From NCBI GenBank assembly GCA_963823655.1, contig CAWGMK010000006.1, positions 32,001 to 96,000 of the forward strand: a stretch of DNA of 64,000 bases, written 5' to 3'. The position numbers and the translations under genes are program-made. The notes under the pieces were generated by a model. That model was not told where the DNA came from. It ran no database searches and saw only the letters and a list, made by a program, of their open reading frames with translations. Position 1 is the stretch's first letter, and each line of letters begins with the position of its first letter. The DNA comes from an uncultured Bacillota bacterium (GTDB lineage Bacteria; Bacillota; DTU025; MWDF01). Below, in pieces: positions 31,641 through 41,306 of this stretch.

Positions 31641-32784
31641 CCGCCTGCACCTCCTGGCGGCCGCAGCCGCCTATATAATATCCGATGAGCCCCTCCAGCG
31701 ACTGCTTGGCGTCTTTGATGTCCTTGGAGTAGGCGTATTCAAGGCCGAAGTAATGTGCAATCCCTATAAGATAGTTCGCCGCGGTCTGCTTGTCCCAGCC
31801 GTCGGGAAGCCAGTCCATCCTCTTGAAGTAGCCGCGCATGAAGCCATCGTAGTACTCCTTGGCCGCGGCCGGCACTACGTATTCCGCCTGCCTTACGACA
31901 GGGTAGCAGTCAGGATCGAAGCTTAAATACAAGCAGAACAGGTAAACGCCCGTAAGCTCCTCCTCGAGCCTTGACAGGCCCTTTGGCATGTTCACGCTTA
32001 TGAACCGCCTAAGCTCAGTCGATATCCACCCGATTATGTCGGCGAGGAACTGCTCTTTTGAGCTGAAGTGGTTGTAGAAGGTGCCCACTGAGGTTTCGGC
32101 CATCCTTGCCACTTCCGCTACGCCCACCGCCGAGAAATCGCTCCTGCCCAAAAGCTCCTTGCCGGCTTTTAAAAGCTTCATACGCGTCGTCTGTTCCATT
32201 TCCACCGCCGGGGGCAATATCCGCCTGGGCAGGAATTTGTCGGGCTCCCTTGCAATCTGGCCGGGGAAGAGGCCCCCTGCGACGATCTCCCTCAAAGTGT
32301 CTACGTCGGCTCCCGTGCCGTCGAAGGCGTGCCTGATGTTCACAAACCTTAGGCCAGAGAGTATGTAAGTGTACTCATCCTCGGTTACAGGCCTTTGGAA
32401 GACCTCTCCCAGGTGCCTCTTGTAGACCACATGCAGCTTGCGCTCATAATCTATGTATCTGTACTGGCCCTGCCTGAAGGCCTTGATCAGATGCCTGTTG
32501 GATACCGTAATGTCGCGAAGGTCGGAAATGTAATTGTGGATGCGCTCCAAAAGGTCCTTTGTGCCGTTGAGCCTGGGGGAGCCGCCGACTATTTCAATTG
32601 TGCGGTCCATGAGGCTGAGGAATATCTCCTCTTTATGATTGAAGTAATGGTAGGCTATGCCGTTCGAGACACCTGCCTTACGGCAGATGTCGGCCACAGA
32701 GACGGTGGAGTACCACTTCTCGCTGAAAAGCCGCTCGGCGGCGTCCAATATCCTGGCCCTGGCATCCCCTCTTGGCATATGCAC
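31627..32784 (-). CDS. Tandem double-TetR transcriptional regulator
   Basis: Two TetR HTH motifs (ADICRKAGVSNGIAYHYF and AEVARMAETSVGTFYNHF). Confidence 0.88.
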   Translation of the reverse strand: MHMPRGDARARILDAAERLFSEKWYSTVSVADICRKAGVSNGIAYHYFNHKEEIFLSLMDRTIEIVGGSPRLNGTKDLLERIHNYISDLRDITVSNRHLIKAFRQGQYRYIDYERKLHVVYKRHLGEVFQRPVTEDEYTYILSGLRFVNIRHAFDGTGADVDTLREIVAGGLFPGQIAREPDKFLPRRILPPAVEMEQTTRMKLLKAGKELLGRSDFSAVGVAEVARMAETSVGTFYNHFSSKEQFLADIIGWISTELRRFISVNMPKGLSRLEEELTGVYLFCLYLSFDPDCYPVVRQAEYVVPAAAKEYYDGFMRGYFKRMDWLPDGWDKQTAANYLIGIAHYFGLEYAYSKDIKDAKQSLEGLIGYYIGGCGRQEVQADVTG

Positions 32785-32792
32785 CTACCTAT

Positions 32793-32955
32793 TTGAGAAC
32801 CTATTCACTTCTAATTGATTTTACACTGGGTGATAGATTCCTGCTTATAGTGTACAATAAAAATATGCCGAGTTTCGGCTAAAAATTGCATCCGCAAAGA
32901 AGGATATTGCCAAATCCCGCTGAATCAGATAATAGTAAATTGAGAGTCAATTCAC
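32793..32955. promoter_or_regulatory. Two candidate TetR operators in the divergent promoter
   Basis: TTGAGAACCTATTCAC (32793-32808) and TTGAGAGTCAATTCAC (32940-32955); the second lies in the palindrome AATTGA-gag-TCAATT. Confidence 0.55.
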
Positions 32956-32974
32956 CGGCATCATAACGCAAGGA

Positions 32975-33994
32975 GTGGGATATTTGAACATAGGTATGAT
33001 GGGATATGGGCTTTACGTGCCCGAATCGCGAATGAGCGCGGCGGAGATCGCGAAAGCGACCAATATTCCTGAGAACGTTATAGCCTTGAAATTTGGAATT
33101 ATGCAGAAGCCGGTCCCCGGACCTGAGGACACAACATCCTACATGGGCCTCATGGCCGCAAAAAGGGCGATAGAGAACGCAGGGATAGACCCCAAAGAGA
33201 TAGACCTGGTTATCTGGTTCGGCGCACAGCACAAGGACTACCCCTGCTGGCTGGCGAGCCTTAAGATTGCAAACGACCTGGGCGCTGAGAACGCATGGGG
33301 CTTCGACATGGAGGCGATGTGCGGCTCATTCATGGTTGCGCTTGAGACCGCAAGGGGCCTGATGTTGTCGAGCGAATCCAACAAGACGGTGCTGCTCGTC
33401 TCAGGCTACAGGAACGCGGACCTGATTAACCTAAGCATTCCCGAGACCACTTTCATGGCGGACCTTGCGGCGGGTGGCGCCGCTGCGGTCCTAAGGCGCG
33501 GATACGACAGGAATGTGCTGCTTGGCACCGCATTCAAGGGCGACGGATCTTTCTCCGAGCTTTGCGTAGTGCCCGTTCTAGGGTCCAAGAAATGGCCGCC
33601 TGAGCCGGGCGACGACCAGAAGGCCTATTTCAGGATAGACGACCCCGAGGAGTTCAAAAGGAAGCTCGGGGAGAAGACGATGCCCAATTTCTACTGGGTA
33701 GTAAGGGAGGCCCTTAAGCGCTCAGGCGGGCTCACCGAGAAGGATGTCGACTACCTGTCGATACTGCACTTCAAGAAAAGTGCCCATGACGCGGTCCTGG
33801 CCGAGCTGGGCTTAACACAGGATCAGACCACATACCTGGGCGATTACGGCCATATGGGTCAGAACGACCAGCTGCTTTCGCTGGATCTGGGCTTAAAGGA
33901 CGGCAAGATTAAAGACGGCGACATAATCAGCATGGTAGGCGCAGGCCTCGGCTTCGTCTGGGCGTCCGCCGTTATGAAGTGGGGCAAGGCCTGA
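32975..33994 (+). CDS. FabH/KAS III-like protein, Cys-His-His type
   Basis: DMEAMCGS, ILHFKKSAH, YGHMGQND, GAGLGFVW. Confidence 0.82.
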   Translation: MGYLNIGMMGYGLYVPESRMSAAEIAKATNIPENVIALKFGIMQKPVPGPEDTTSYMGLMAAKRAIENAGIDPKEIDLVIWFGAQHKDYPCWLASLKIANDLGAENAWGFDMEAMCGSFMVALETARGLMLSSESNKTVLLVSGYRNADLINLSIPETTFMADLAAGGAAAVLRRGYDRNVLLGTAFKGDGSFSELCVVPVLGSKKWPPEPGDDQKAYFRIDDPEEFKRKLGEKTMPNFYWVVREALKRSGGLTEKDVDYLSILHFKKSAHDAVLAELGLTQDQTTYLGDYGHMGQNDQLLSLDLGLKDGKIKDGDIISMVGAGLGFVWASAVMKWGKA

Positions 33995-34040
33995 TAAGGC
34001 AGATAGATTTCAATACTTTCCATTAGAAGGGGTGATTTAT

Positions 34041-34779
34041 ATGAAAATGTCCGGAAAAATCTGCGTCGTCACCGGCGGCGGCAGCGGCATCGGAAAGGCG
34101 ATCGTCGAGAAGTTCCTGGAATACGGCGCGGAGCTAGTCTACGCTGTTGACTTGAACCCGAAAGCCCTCTGCGGAGCTTGAGGCTGCGCACAAGAACGTC
34201 AGGGGGGCAGTCGTTAGCGTAACCGACACTTCAGCCGTAAACGCGTTCGCGCTGAAGGTAAAAGAGGAGAAGGGCAGAATAGATGTACTGGTAAACTGCG
34301 CCGGCGTTACCAAGGACGCCCTCATTCAGAAGATGACGGATGAGGACTGGCAGTTCGTAATCGACGTCAACCTCAAAGGCCCCTTCGTCATGACCAGGGC
34401 GATAGGCCCCATCATGATGGAGACGGGCAAGGGTTCCATCGTTACCATATCCTCTGTCGTCGGTCTGGACGGCAATATCGGCCAGTCCAACTACGCGGCC
34501 ACAAAGGGCGGCGTAATATCGATGACCAAGACATGGGCGAGGGAGTTTACGAGAAAAGGCGCCAATGTGCGCGCAAACGCCGTGGCTCCCGGCTTCATCA
34601 ACACCCCCATGATGGCGACAGTTCCGGACAAAGTGCTGGACCCCATCAAGGAGAAGACCTACTTCAAGAGGCTGGGTGAGCCCAGCGAGATCGCTGAAGT
34701 GGTAGCATTCCTGGCGAGCGACGAGGCCAGCTTCGTGACCGGCCAGGTCATCAGGGCATCGGGCGGTTTGGTAGTCTAG
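34041..34779 (+). CDS. 3-oxoacyl-ACP / acetoacetyl-CoA reductase (FabG/PhaB-like SDR; frameshift near 34165)
   Basis: VTGGGSGIG read from the DNA at 34065 onward; NCAG, GNIGQSNYAATKGG, VAPGFI. Confidence 0.88.
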
Positions 34780-34861
34780 GATATAATAGAACATGTATAG
34801 ATAGAAGTAAGTCCAAATATCCAGCGACCGGTTAGATGAACAAACAAACAGGAGGGGTAAA

Positions 34862-36040
34862 ATGAAGAAGATTCTAGTACTCGCTTTGACCGTGGCTCTT
34901 CTTATGACAGGCACAGTCCTCGCCGCCGACCCGGGCGTCACCAGCAAGGAAGTGCTCATCGGAAGCTTCATCGCAATGTCCGGCCCGTATGCCGCAATCG
35001 GCGTTCCTTACTCCAACGGCATTAAGGCGTACTTCAACTGGGTTAACAAGAACGGCGGAGTCAACGGCCGCCAGATCAAGTTCATCATCGAAGATGACCA
35101 GCTCAACCCGGCCAACACGACAGTCGCCGTGAAGAAGCTCGTCGAGCAGGACAAAGTATTCGCACTAGTCGGCGGCCTCGGCACCCCCGGCGTCGTAGCC
35201 ACTTACAAGTACCTTGAGACCAACAAGGTTCCCCACATCTACCAGGGCGCCGGCACCGGCCTCATCGCCATCCCGCCGAACAAGTACATATTCCCCGTAC
35301 AGCCCAACTACACAACCGAGGGCGTCCTCATGGTCAAGTATCTGGCCGAAGTCAAGAAGGCCAAGACGATAGCAGTCATCTACAGAAACCTCGACGACGG
35401 CAAGGAGCTTGCAGCGGCGGTCAAGTCAGAAGCCGCAAAGCGCGGCCTCAAAGTAGTCGCTGACATCCCCGTGGAAGCGACCGCCTCCGACATGTCGGCG
35501 CAGATCCTGCAGCTGACAGCCGCAAACCCGGACGCAATTGCAATCGGCCTCTTCAATCCCCAGAGCGCGTCATTCCTCAAGCAGGCAAGGGGAGACTTCA
35601 AGCTCACAAAGCCCACATACCTCATGACCTACTCCAATGCTGACCTGACAGTCGCAGCAGGAGCAGCCGGAAACGCAGTCGGCGTTGAGGCCATGGCATG
35701 GGTTAGCGTGGACTTCACCAACACGAACCTGCCCATATTCAAGGTATATCAGCAGACATTCCCCGGCCAGCTGCCCAACGCCTTCGGCGTGGCGGGCCTG
35801 ACCGCGGCTGAGATCTTCGTGGAAGGCCTCAAGAGGGCCGGCACCAACCTCACCCGTGAGGGCCTGGTGAAGGCCATGGAATCCTTCGAGAACTTCTCAG
35901 GCATGGTAGCCTCCGACATCACCTACGCCCCGTGGAGCCTCAGCGACTGGACATGCCGCCTTGGCAAGCAGTCGATGTACGTGCTCAAGTTCACAAAGGA
36001 CAACATCGAAGTCGCGAGCGACTGGATCTACTTGAAGTAA
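34862..36040 (+). CDS. Liv-type ABC substrate-binding protein
   Basis: Signal peptide; DPGVT, GGVNGRQI..DDQLNP, LTREGLVKAME. Confidence 0.9.
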   Translation: MKKILVLALTVALLMTGTVLAADPGVTSKEVLIGSFIAMSGPYAAIGVPYSNGIKAYFNWVNKNGGVNGRQIKFIIEDDQLNPANTTVAVKKLVEQDKVFALVGGLGTPGVVATYKYLETNKVPHIYQGAGTGLIAIPPNKYIFPVQPNYTTEGVLMVKYLAEVKKAKTIAVIYRNLDDGKELAAAVKSEAAKRGLKVVADIPVEATASDMSAQILQLTAANPDAIAIGLFNPQSASFLKQARGDFKLTKPTYLMTYSNADLTVAAGAAGNAVGVEAMAWVSVDFTNTNLPIFKVYQQTFPGQLPNAFGVAGLTAAEIFVEGLKRAGTNLTREGLVKAMESFENFSGMVASDITYAPWSLSDWTCRLGKQSMYVLKFTKDNIEVASDWIYLK

Positions 36041-36057
36041 CTTATCAGTACACTGCG

Positions 36058-36087
36058 GGCCGCGGGTTCTTCTTTGAATCCGCGGCC
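36058..36087 (+). terminator. Intercistronic hairpin after the substrate-binding protein gene
   Basis: GGCCGCGGGTTC..GAATCCGCGGCC. Confidence 0.55.
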
Positions 36088-36112
36088 TTACTTCCAAATA
36101 AGGAGCATAAAC

Positions 36113-36883
36113 ATGCTTGAGACTCGCAACGTGACGGTCCGCTTCGGCGGGCTTACCGCAGTCAAGGACATGAGCATGAAAGTCCAGCCGGGCACCATAC
36201 ATTCGCTCATAGGGCCAAACGGCGCGGGAAAGACCACGCTTTTCAACGTTATCTCCCGCATTATCGAGCCCACATCGGGCGAAGTGCTCTTCAACGGCGA
36301 GAGCCTCAACGGGCTCAGCTCGGACAAGGTCATTTACAAGGGCATAAGCCGCACTTTCCAGAACCTGCAGCTCTTCCGCAACACTACCGTGTACGAGAAC
36401 ATATACTCCGGCCTGGTTCACGAGTACAAGGGCAGGGAGCTGCCTTTCGTGCCTGGGGCGGGAAAACGCTTCATGGACGAGACTCGCGACAGGGTGCTGG
36501 AAGTAGCGGAGATGCTGGGCATCAAAGACAGGCTGGGATCGTTCCCCGCGTCTTTGCCATACGGGATACTAAAGCGGGTGGAGCTTGCAAGGGCGCTGGT
36601 CTCGAAGCCCAAGATGCTGCTACTGGACGAACCGGCGGCCGGGCTCAACAACGATGAGACCAAAGAGATCGACGAGGTATTCCAGAAGGTGAACGCCTCA
36701 GGCGTCACTATGCTGCTCGTCGAGCACGATATGAACATGGTCATGAAAGTATCGCACATGATTACGGTGATGAACTTCGGCGAGAAGGTGGCCGAAGGCA
36801 CGCCCAAGCAGATCGCATCGAACCCCAAGGTCATTGAGGTGTACCTTGGAAAATCGGACCTGGGGGTGAAGAACGGTGCTTAA
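36113..36883 (+). CDS. livG: Liv-type ABC ATP-binding protein
   Basis: FGGL, GPNGAGKTT, RTFQN, DEPAAGL, VYLG. Confidence 0.9.
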   Translation: MLETRNVTVRFGGLTAVKDMSMKVQPGTIHSLIGPNGAGKTTLFNVISRIIEPTSGEVLFNGESLNGLSSDKVIYKGISRTFQNLQLFRNTTVYENIYSGLVHEYKGRELPFVPGAGKRFMDETRDRVLEVAEMLGIKDRLGSFPASLPYGILKRVELARALVSKPKMLLLDEPAAGLNNDETKEIDEVFQKVNASGVTMLLVEHDMNMVMKVSHMITVMNFGEKVAEGTPKQIASNPKVIEVYLGKSDLGVKNGA

Positions 36884-37571
36884 AGTAGAGAATTTCGCGG
36901 TCAGCTACGGCCATGTGAAGGCGGTCAAGGGAATCAGCTTCGAGGTGGCAAAAGGCGAGATCGTTACGATAATCGGGGCCAACGGGGCCGGCAAGTCGTC
37001 CACGGTGATGGGGCTTGCGGGCATTGTGGAGTCCTCGGGCTCTGTCGAGTTCGACGGGGAGGACATTTCGAGGAACACCAATTACAACAGGGTAGCAAAG
37101 GGCCTTGTGCTGTGTCCGGAGGGAAGGCACATCTTCCCTGAGCTTACTGTGGACGAGAACCTGAAGATGGGCGCCTACAGGCGTGGGGCCTTCCAGAAGA
37201 GCATCGGCCTTGTGCACGACCTCTTCCCGGTGCTCAAGGACAGGAAGAACCAGGTGTCGGGCTATCTGTCGGGAGGAGAGCAGCAGATGCTCGCCATCGG
37301 CAGGTCGCTGATGAGCGACCCGAAGCTTCTGATGCTGGACGAACCGTCGTTAGGGCTTGCTCCAATCTTAGTTGACCAGGTGTTCGAATCGCTTGACAGG
37401 CTGAGGAAAGAGCAGGGCCTGTCGATACTCCTAATCGAGCAGAACGCATTCAAGGCGCTTGGCATATCGCAGAGGGCATACATAATGGAGACAGGCAAGA
37501 TCGTGCTTGAGGGCAAATCGGAGGACCTCTTGAAGTCTGAGGACGTCAAGAAGGCCTACCTTGGGATATAG
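36876..37571 (+). CDS. livF: Liv-type ABC ATP-binding protein
   Basis: GANGAGKS, PEGRHIF, LSGGEQQMLA, DEPSLGLAP. Confidence 0.92.
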   Translation: MLKVENFAVSYGHVKAVKGISFEVAKGEIVTIIGANGAGKSSTVMGLAGIVESSGSVEFDGEDISRNTNYNRVAKGLVLCPEGRHIFPELTVDENLKMGAYRRGAFQKSIGLVHDLFPVLKDRKNQVSGYLSGGEQQMLAIGRSLMSDPKLLMLDEPSLGLAPILVDQVFESLDRLRKEQGLSILLIEQNAFKALGISQRAYIMETGKIVLEGKSEDLLKSEDVKKAYLGI

Positions 37572-37582
37572 GGGGTGATGGC

Positions 37583-38515
37583 ATGAGTTTGGGTATAAAG
37601 TTGTTGCAAGCCATCCTCTTCGGCCTGTCTAAGGGCTCCTTGTACGGCCTTATGGGCCTCGGGATATCGCTCATCTTCAGGACAGTTGACGTGATGAACT
37701 TCGCGCATGGCAACACCGGCATGTTCGCGACATTCGTGGGACTCTCGGTATACCTGCTGACCGGGAATATCGTGCTCACATTGCTGTCGGGCGCCGCGGC
37801 AGGGCTGATCCTGGGAGTGCTTGTGGACAGGCTCCTCATGAAGAGGGTGAAAGGCCTTTCGCACAGCTCCATGCTGATAATCACGCTGGGGCTCATGATG
37901 ATAGTAGAAGCGCTCGCCTTCGTAATCTGGGGCACTGAGCCCCTGATATTCCCCAAGGTCATCGACATGGCTCCGATGATACTTAGATTGGGCAACGGGA
38001 TACTGATCCTGCCTGCCAACGACATCGCGGCATCGATCATCGCGCTGGGCGTATCGCTGGGGCTTGCCGTCTTCTTCAAGTACACGAGGTTCGGAACGGC
38101 AGTCAGGGCCAAGGCGCAGGATGTAGTCGGGGCGCAGGCAGTCGGCGTGAACACCAAGAGCGTGGACTCGGCCGCGTGGGGCATAGGTATTGCGCTTGCT
38201 GCGTTGGTCGGCATGCTCATCGCCTACAAGTCGTCCGTGACACCGTCAATGATGGTGGAAATGCAGATATATGGCCTGACGGCAGCGGTCCTGGGCGGCT
38301 TCTCGAGCCTGTTCGGGGCGATTGTGGGCGGCATCATGCTGGGCCTTATACAGGATATCGTGGTCGCGCTGATGGCGGCAGGCTTTACGGCGCTCAACAT
38401 AACGGGGGCAAATCCGGTGGATTACCAGTTCTCGATAATTCTTATCATCATCATCGTCATGCTGGCGGTGAAGCCCGATGGGCTCTTCGCCTCCAGGTTC
38501 AAGGGGAAGGTGTGA
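37583..38515 (+). CDS. livH: Liv-type ABC permease
   Basis: NFAHG, TRFGTAVRA, AAVLGG, KPDGLF. Confidence 0.9.
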   Translation: MSLGIKLLQAILFGLSKGSLYGLMGLGISLIFRTVDVMNFAHGNTGMFATFVGLSVYLLTGNIVLTLLSGAAAGLILGVLVDRLLMKRVKGLSHSSMLIITLGLMMIVEALAFVIWGTEPLIFPKVIDMAPMILRLGNGILILPANDIAASIIALGVSLGLAVFFKYTRFGTAVRAKAQDVVGAQAVGVNTKSVDSAAWGIGIALAALVGMLIAYKSSVTPSMMVEMQIYGLTAAVLGGFSSLFGAIVGGIMLGLIQDIVVALMAAGFTALNITGANPVDYQFSIILIIIIVMLAVKPDGLFASRFKGKV

Positions 38516-38522
38516 ACCTAGG

Positions 38523-40251
38523 ATGAAGAAGAGCTTAAGAAGGTACATATTTATTGCGATTGCGGCGGGCGCCGTCTTCGGGCTGCTGTTCTCCTCCCAA
38601 TCCTATATGCTCATGATATTCTCAAGGCTATCTGATCTTCGCAATAGCCGCCATCGGCCTGAACATACTGGCCGGCATGGCGGGGCAGATATCGATCGGG
38701 CACGCGGCCTTCATGGCCATCGGCGCTTATACTACGGCTTTTCTGTCTCAGAGGTTCAACCTGCCGTTTCTTGTGAATCTGCTGCCTGTAGTTCTCCTGG
38801 CCGCCTTCTTCGGCTATATTATCGGGCTGCCCGCTCTGAGGATGAAGGGGTTCTACCTGGCGATAGCCACTATGGCATTCGGGGTAGTGATCGAGCAGCT
38901 GATAGCCGGGCAGTCATGGCTGGGAGCCCACACCGGAATGAGGGAGATAGTCCCATTCTTCAAGGGCGAGCTTTTGAACTACGGCGTTAACTTCATCTTC
39001 TTCCTGCTCCTGTCGGTCGCGGCATTCGCCTTGATCGATTCTCCTATGGGGACGAAGTACCGCATGGTGCGCGATTTTGAGGTCGCTGCCAAGTCCTACG
39101 GCATCAACGTCGCGAAGGTCAAACTGCATGCATTTATGGTAAGCGCTGTCTATGGAGGCATTGCTGGCGCGCTGTACGCCCACACCGTAGGCTTCATAAT
39201 ACCGTCAAGCTTCGGCATTGCGATATCCGTCAACCTGCTCGCCGCGATAATGATAGGAGGCATAGGCTTCGTCCAGGGCTCGCTCTACGGCGTTGTCCTG
39301 ATATTCGGCCTTCCCTATTTCATGTCACGCGGCTTCGGGCAGTGGCTGACTATGATCATAGGGATTATGCTGATCGTCTTCGTGATGTTCTTCCCCAAAG
39401 GAGTCTCCTACGGGCTTACCATGCTGTGGCACAGATGGCTGCAGCGGCCTATCGTCGAGGCGAGAAGGAGGTTGTTCAAGGGAATGACTAAAGATTCCAA
39501 GTTCATAGTCGTCAACGGCAAGAGGCTCCACTACATCGAGCACGGTGAGGGCGAGCCGGTGATCATGATACACGGCAATACAGGGTGCAACGCCTGGTTC
39601 GAGGACGTGCTCGACATAAAAGGACTCAGATGCATCGCACCCGACCTTCCCAACTGCGGTCTTTCCGACAGGCTGGACACCGCAGGGATGGATACGTATG
39701 CGGACTATATGCTCGGCTTCATGGACGGGCTAGGCATAAAGAAGGCCGTCCTGGTGGCCCATTCGCTGGGAGGAGCTGTGGCAATTTCCATGGCGGCAAG
39801 GCATCCGGAGAGGGTGGAGAAGCTCATGCTTATCGACCCCTGCCCGGTATCAGGCCTTGTGACGCCGGAGGAGCATTATCCTGTCATCGAGCTTTACAAG
39901 ACTTCAAGGGACATGATGAAGATGGCGCTCGGGGCGATGACACCGGGCATGAAGGACGATGCTAAGCTGGACAAGCTTGTGGACGGGGCATTCAGGATGA
40001 ACCTGATGTGCTTCGTGGAGCATGCGCGGGAGCTTTCCAAGTTCAACTACTCAGGCAAGTTGGCCGGTTTCAAGGGTCCGGTAAGCTTAATCATCGGCAG
40101 GAAAGACACGCTAATCACCGAGGAGATGGCGAGGAGGTCGGCGGCGGAGTTCGCAGACGCCAAAGTCGAGGTCATAGAGGGCATAGGACATTCCCTTATG
40201 GTCGAGGATCCGGCCACCTTCGTGAAGAAGGTCGCCGAGTTCAGCAAGTAG
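38523..40251 (+). CDS. LivM-type permease apparently fused to an alpha/beta hydrolase (frameshift near 38630)
   Basis: GQISIGHAAF, GFYLAIAT, FPKG; then in frame HGN, PDLP, AHSLGG, GHSLMVE. Confidence 0.82.
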
Positions 40252-40265
40252 TGACAGGTCAGTTC

Positions 40266-40309
40266 AAGTCGAGGCGGTGCCCCTTTGCAGGGCTCCGCCT
40301 CGACTTTTT
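40266..40309 (+). terminator. Intrinsic terminator
   Basis: AAGTCGAGGCGG..CCGCCTCGACTT followed by TTT. Confidence 0.8.
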
Positions 40310-40323
40310 GGGAGCTTAGGGAT

Positions 40324-41223
40324 ATGAGCAAGTCCAGCAAGGCGTGCGCGTTCTGCCTGATAATCGCAATAGCCCTTCTTGCCTTGGTTACCGTGCCCCT
40401 CCAAGGAGCGGTTCCATGGAATCAGGGCTATGTTGAGCTTATGTCGGGCAGGATGCACTACTGGTTTGCGGGAGAAGGGGAAACTATTCTGCTTCTGCAC
40501 GGTAATACTGCGTCAGGCAGATGGTTCACCGAGCTTTCACCGCCTGCCGGCTACAAGCTGGTGGCGCCCGACATGCCCGGCTTCGGCAGGTCTTGGAGGC
40601 CCGGGATCTTCGACATCGGCTACTATGCGGATACAGTGCTGGCCTTCATGGACAAGCTGGGGATAGAAAAGGCGCACCTGCTGCTGGGGCACTCCTTGGG
40701 CGGGCTGGTCGCGGCCTCCATGGCCTCCTCAAAGCCGGAAAGGTTCGATCTGCTCATGCTCTCCAACGTACCTTACCTGGGCAAATCCCAGATAGACGAG
40801 AGCTACTTCGAAAGGGCGGGCAGGTATTCGACCGAGGACTACCTACTAAGGGCGGCGCTCAAGAACACCGCGCCTACGCTTCGCAATGAGGGCCTGCTGG
40901 CAATGATGTTCGATGAGGCAAGGCTCATGGATCCTCTCGGCTTCACCGGAAACCCCAGGCTATTGACAACGACGGACCAGCAGGGGAAATTGGTTGCATT
41001 CAAGGGAAACATTCTTTTCGTTGGTTGCTCTCTGGACGCGACCATACCGCCTGCGGTGGTAAGGTATAATGCGATGATCACCCAAGGGTCGCAATATATC
41101 GAGCTTGAGGGGATAGGACATGCGCCCATGCTTGAGGCTCCGGGCCAATTACATGGAAACCATAGTGGCTTTCTTAAAGGGGGCGGCCAAATAGCCGGAC
41201 TTAGGAATGCCGCAAGAATTTAG
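40324..41223 (+). CDS. Secreted or membrane-anchored alpha/beta hydrolase (probable indel near 41143; true stop probably 41194)
   Basis: Hydrophobic N-terminus; LHGN, PDMPGFG, GHSLGG, GHAPMLE; the alternate frame gives ANYMETIVAFLKGAAK*. Confidence 0.85.
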   Translation: MSKSSKACAFCLIIAIALLALVTVPLQGAVPWNQGYVELMSGRMHYWFAGEGETILLLHGNTASGRWFTELSPPAGYKLVAPDMPGFGRSWRPGIFDIGYYADTVLAFMDKLGIEKAHLLLGHSLGGLVAASMASSKPERFDLLMLSNVPYLGKSQIDESYFERAGRYSTEDYLLRAALKNTAPTLRNEGLLAMMFDEARLMDPLGFTGNPRLLTTTDQQGKLVAFKGNILFVGCSLDATIPPAVVRYNAMITQGSQYIELEGIGHAPMLEAPGQLHGNHSGFLKGGGQIAGLRNAARI

Positions 41224-41306
41224 AAAATATCGGGGAAATGAAACCGAGGTCTATACCGAGGCGTTTTAACTAATGTATGCTTTATCGATAGGATTGGACG
41301 AAAGGT

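Noticed and set aside
30633-34779. Standard fatty-acid synthesis (fabH/fabG) operon
   Set aside because: No acp, fabD, fabF or fabZ; the catalytic residues are non-canonical
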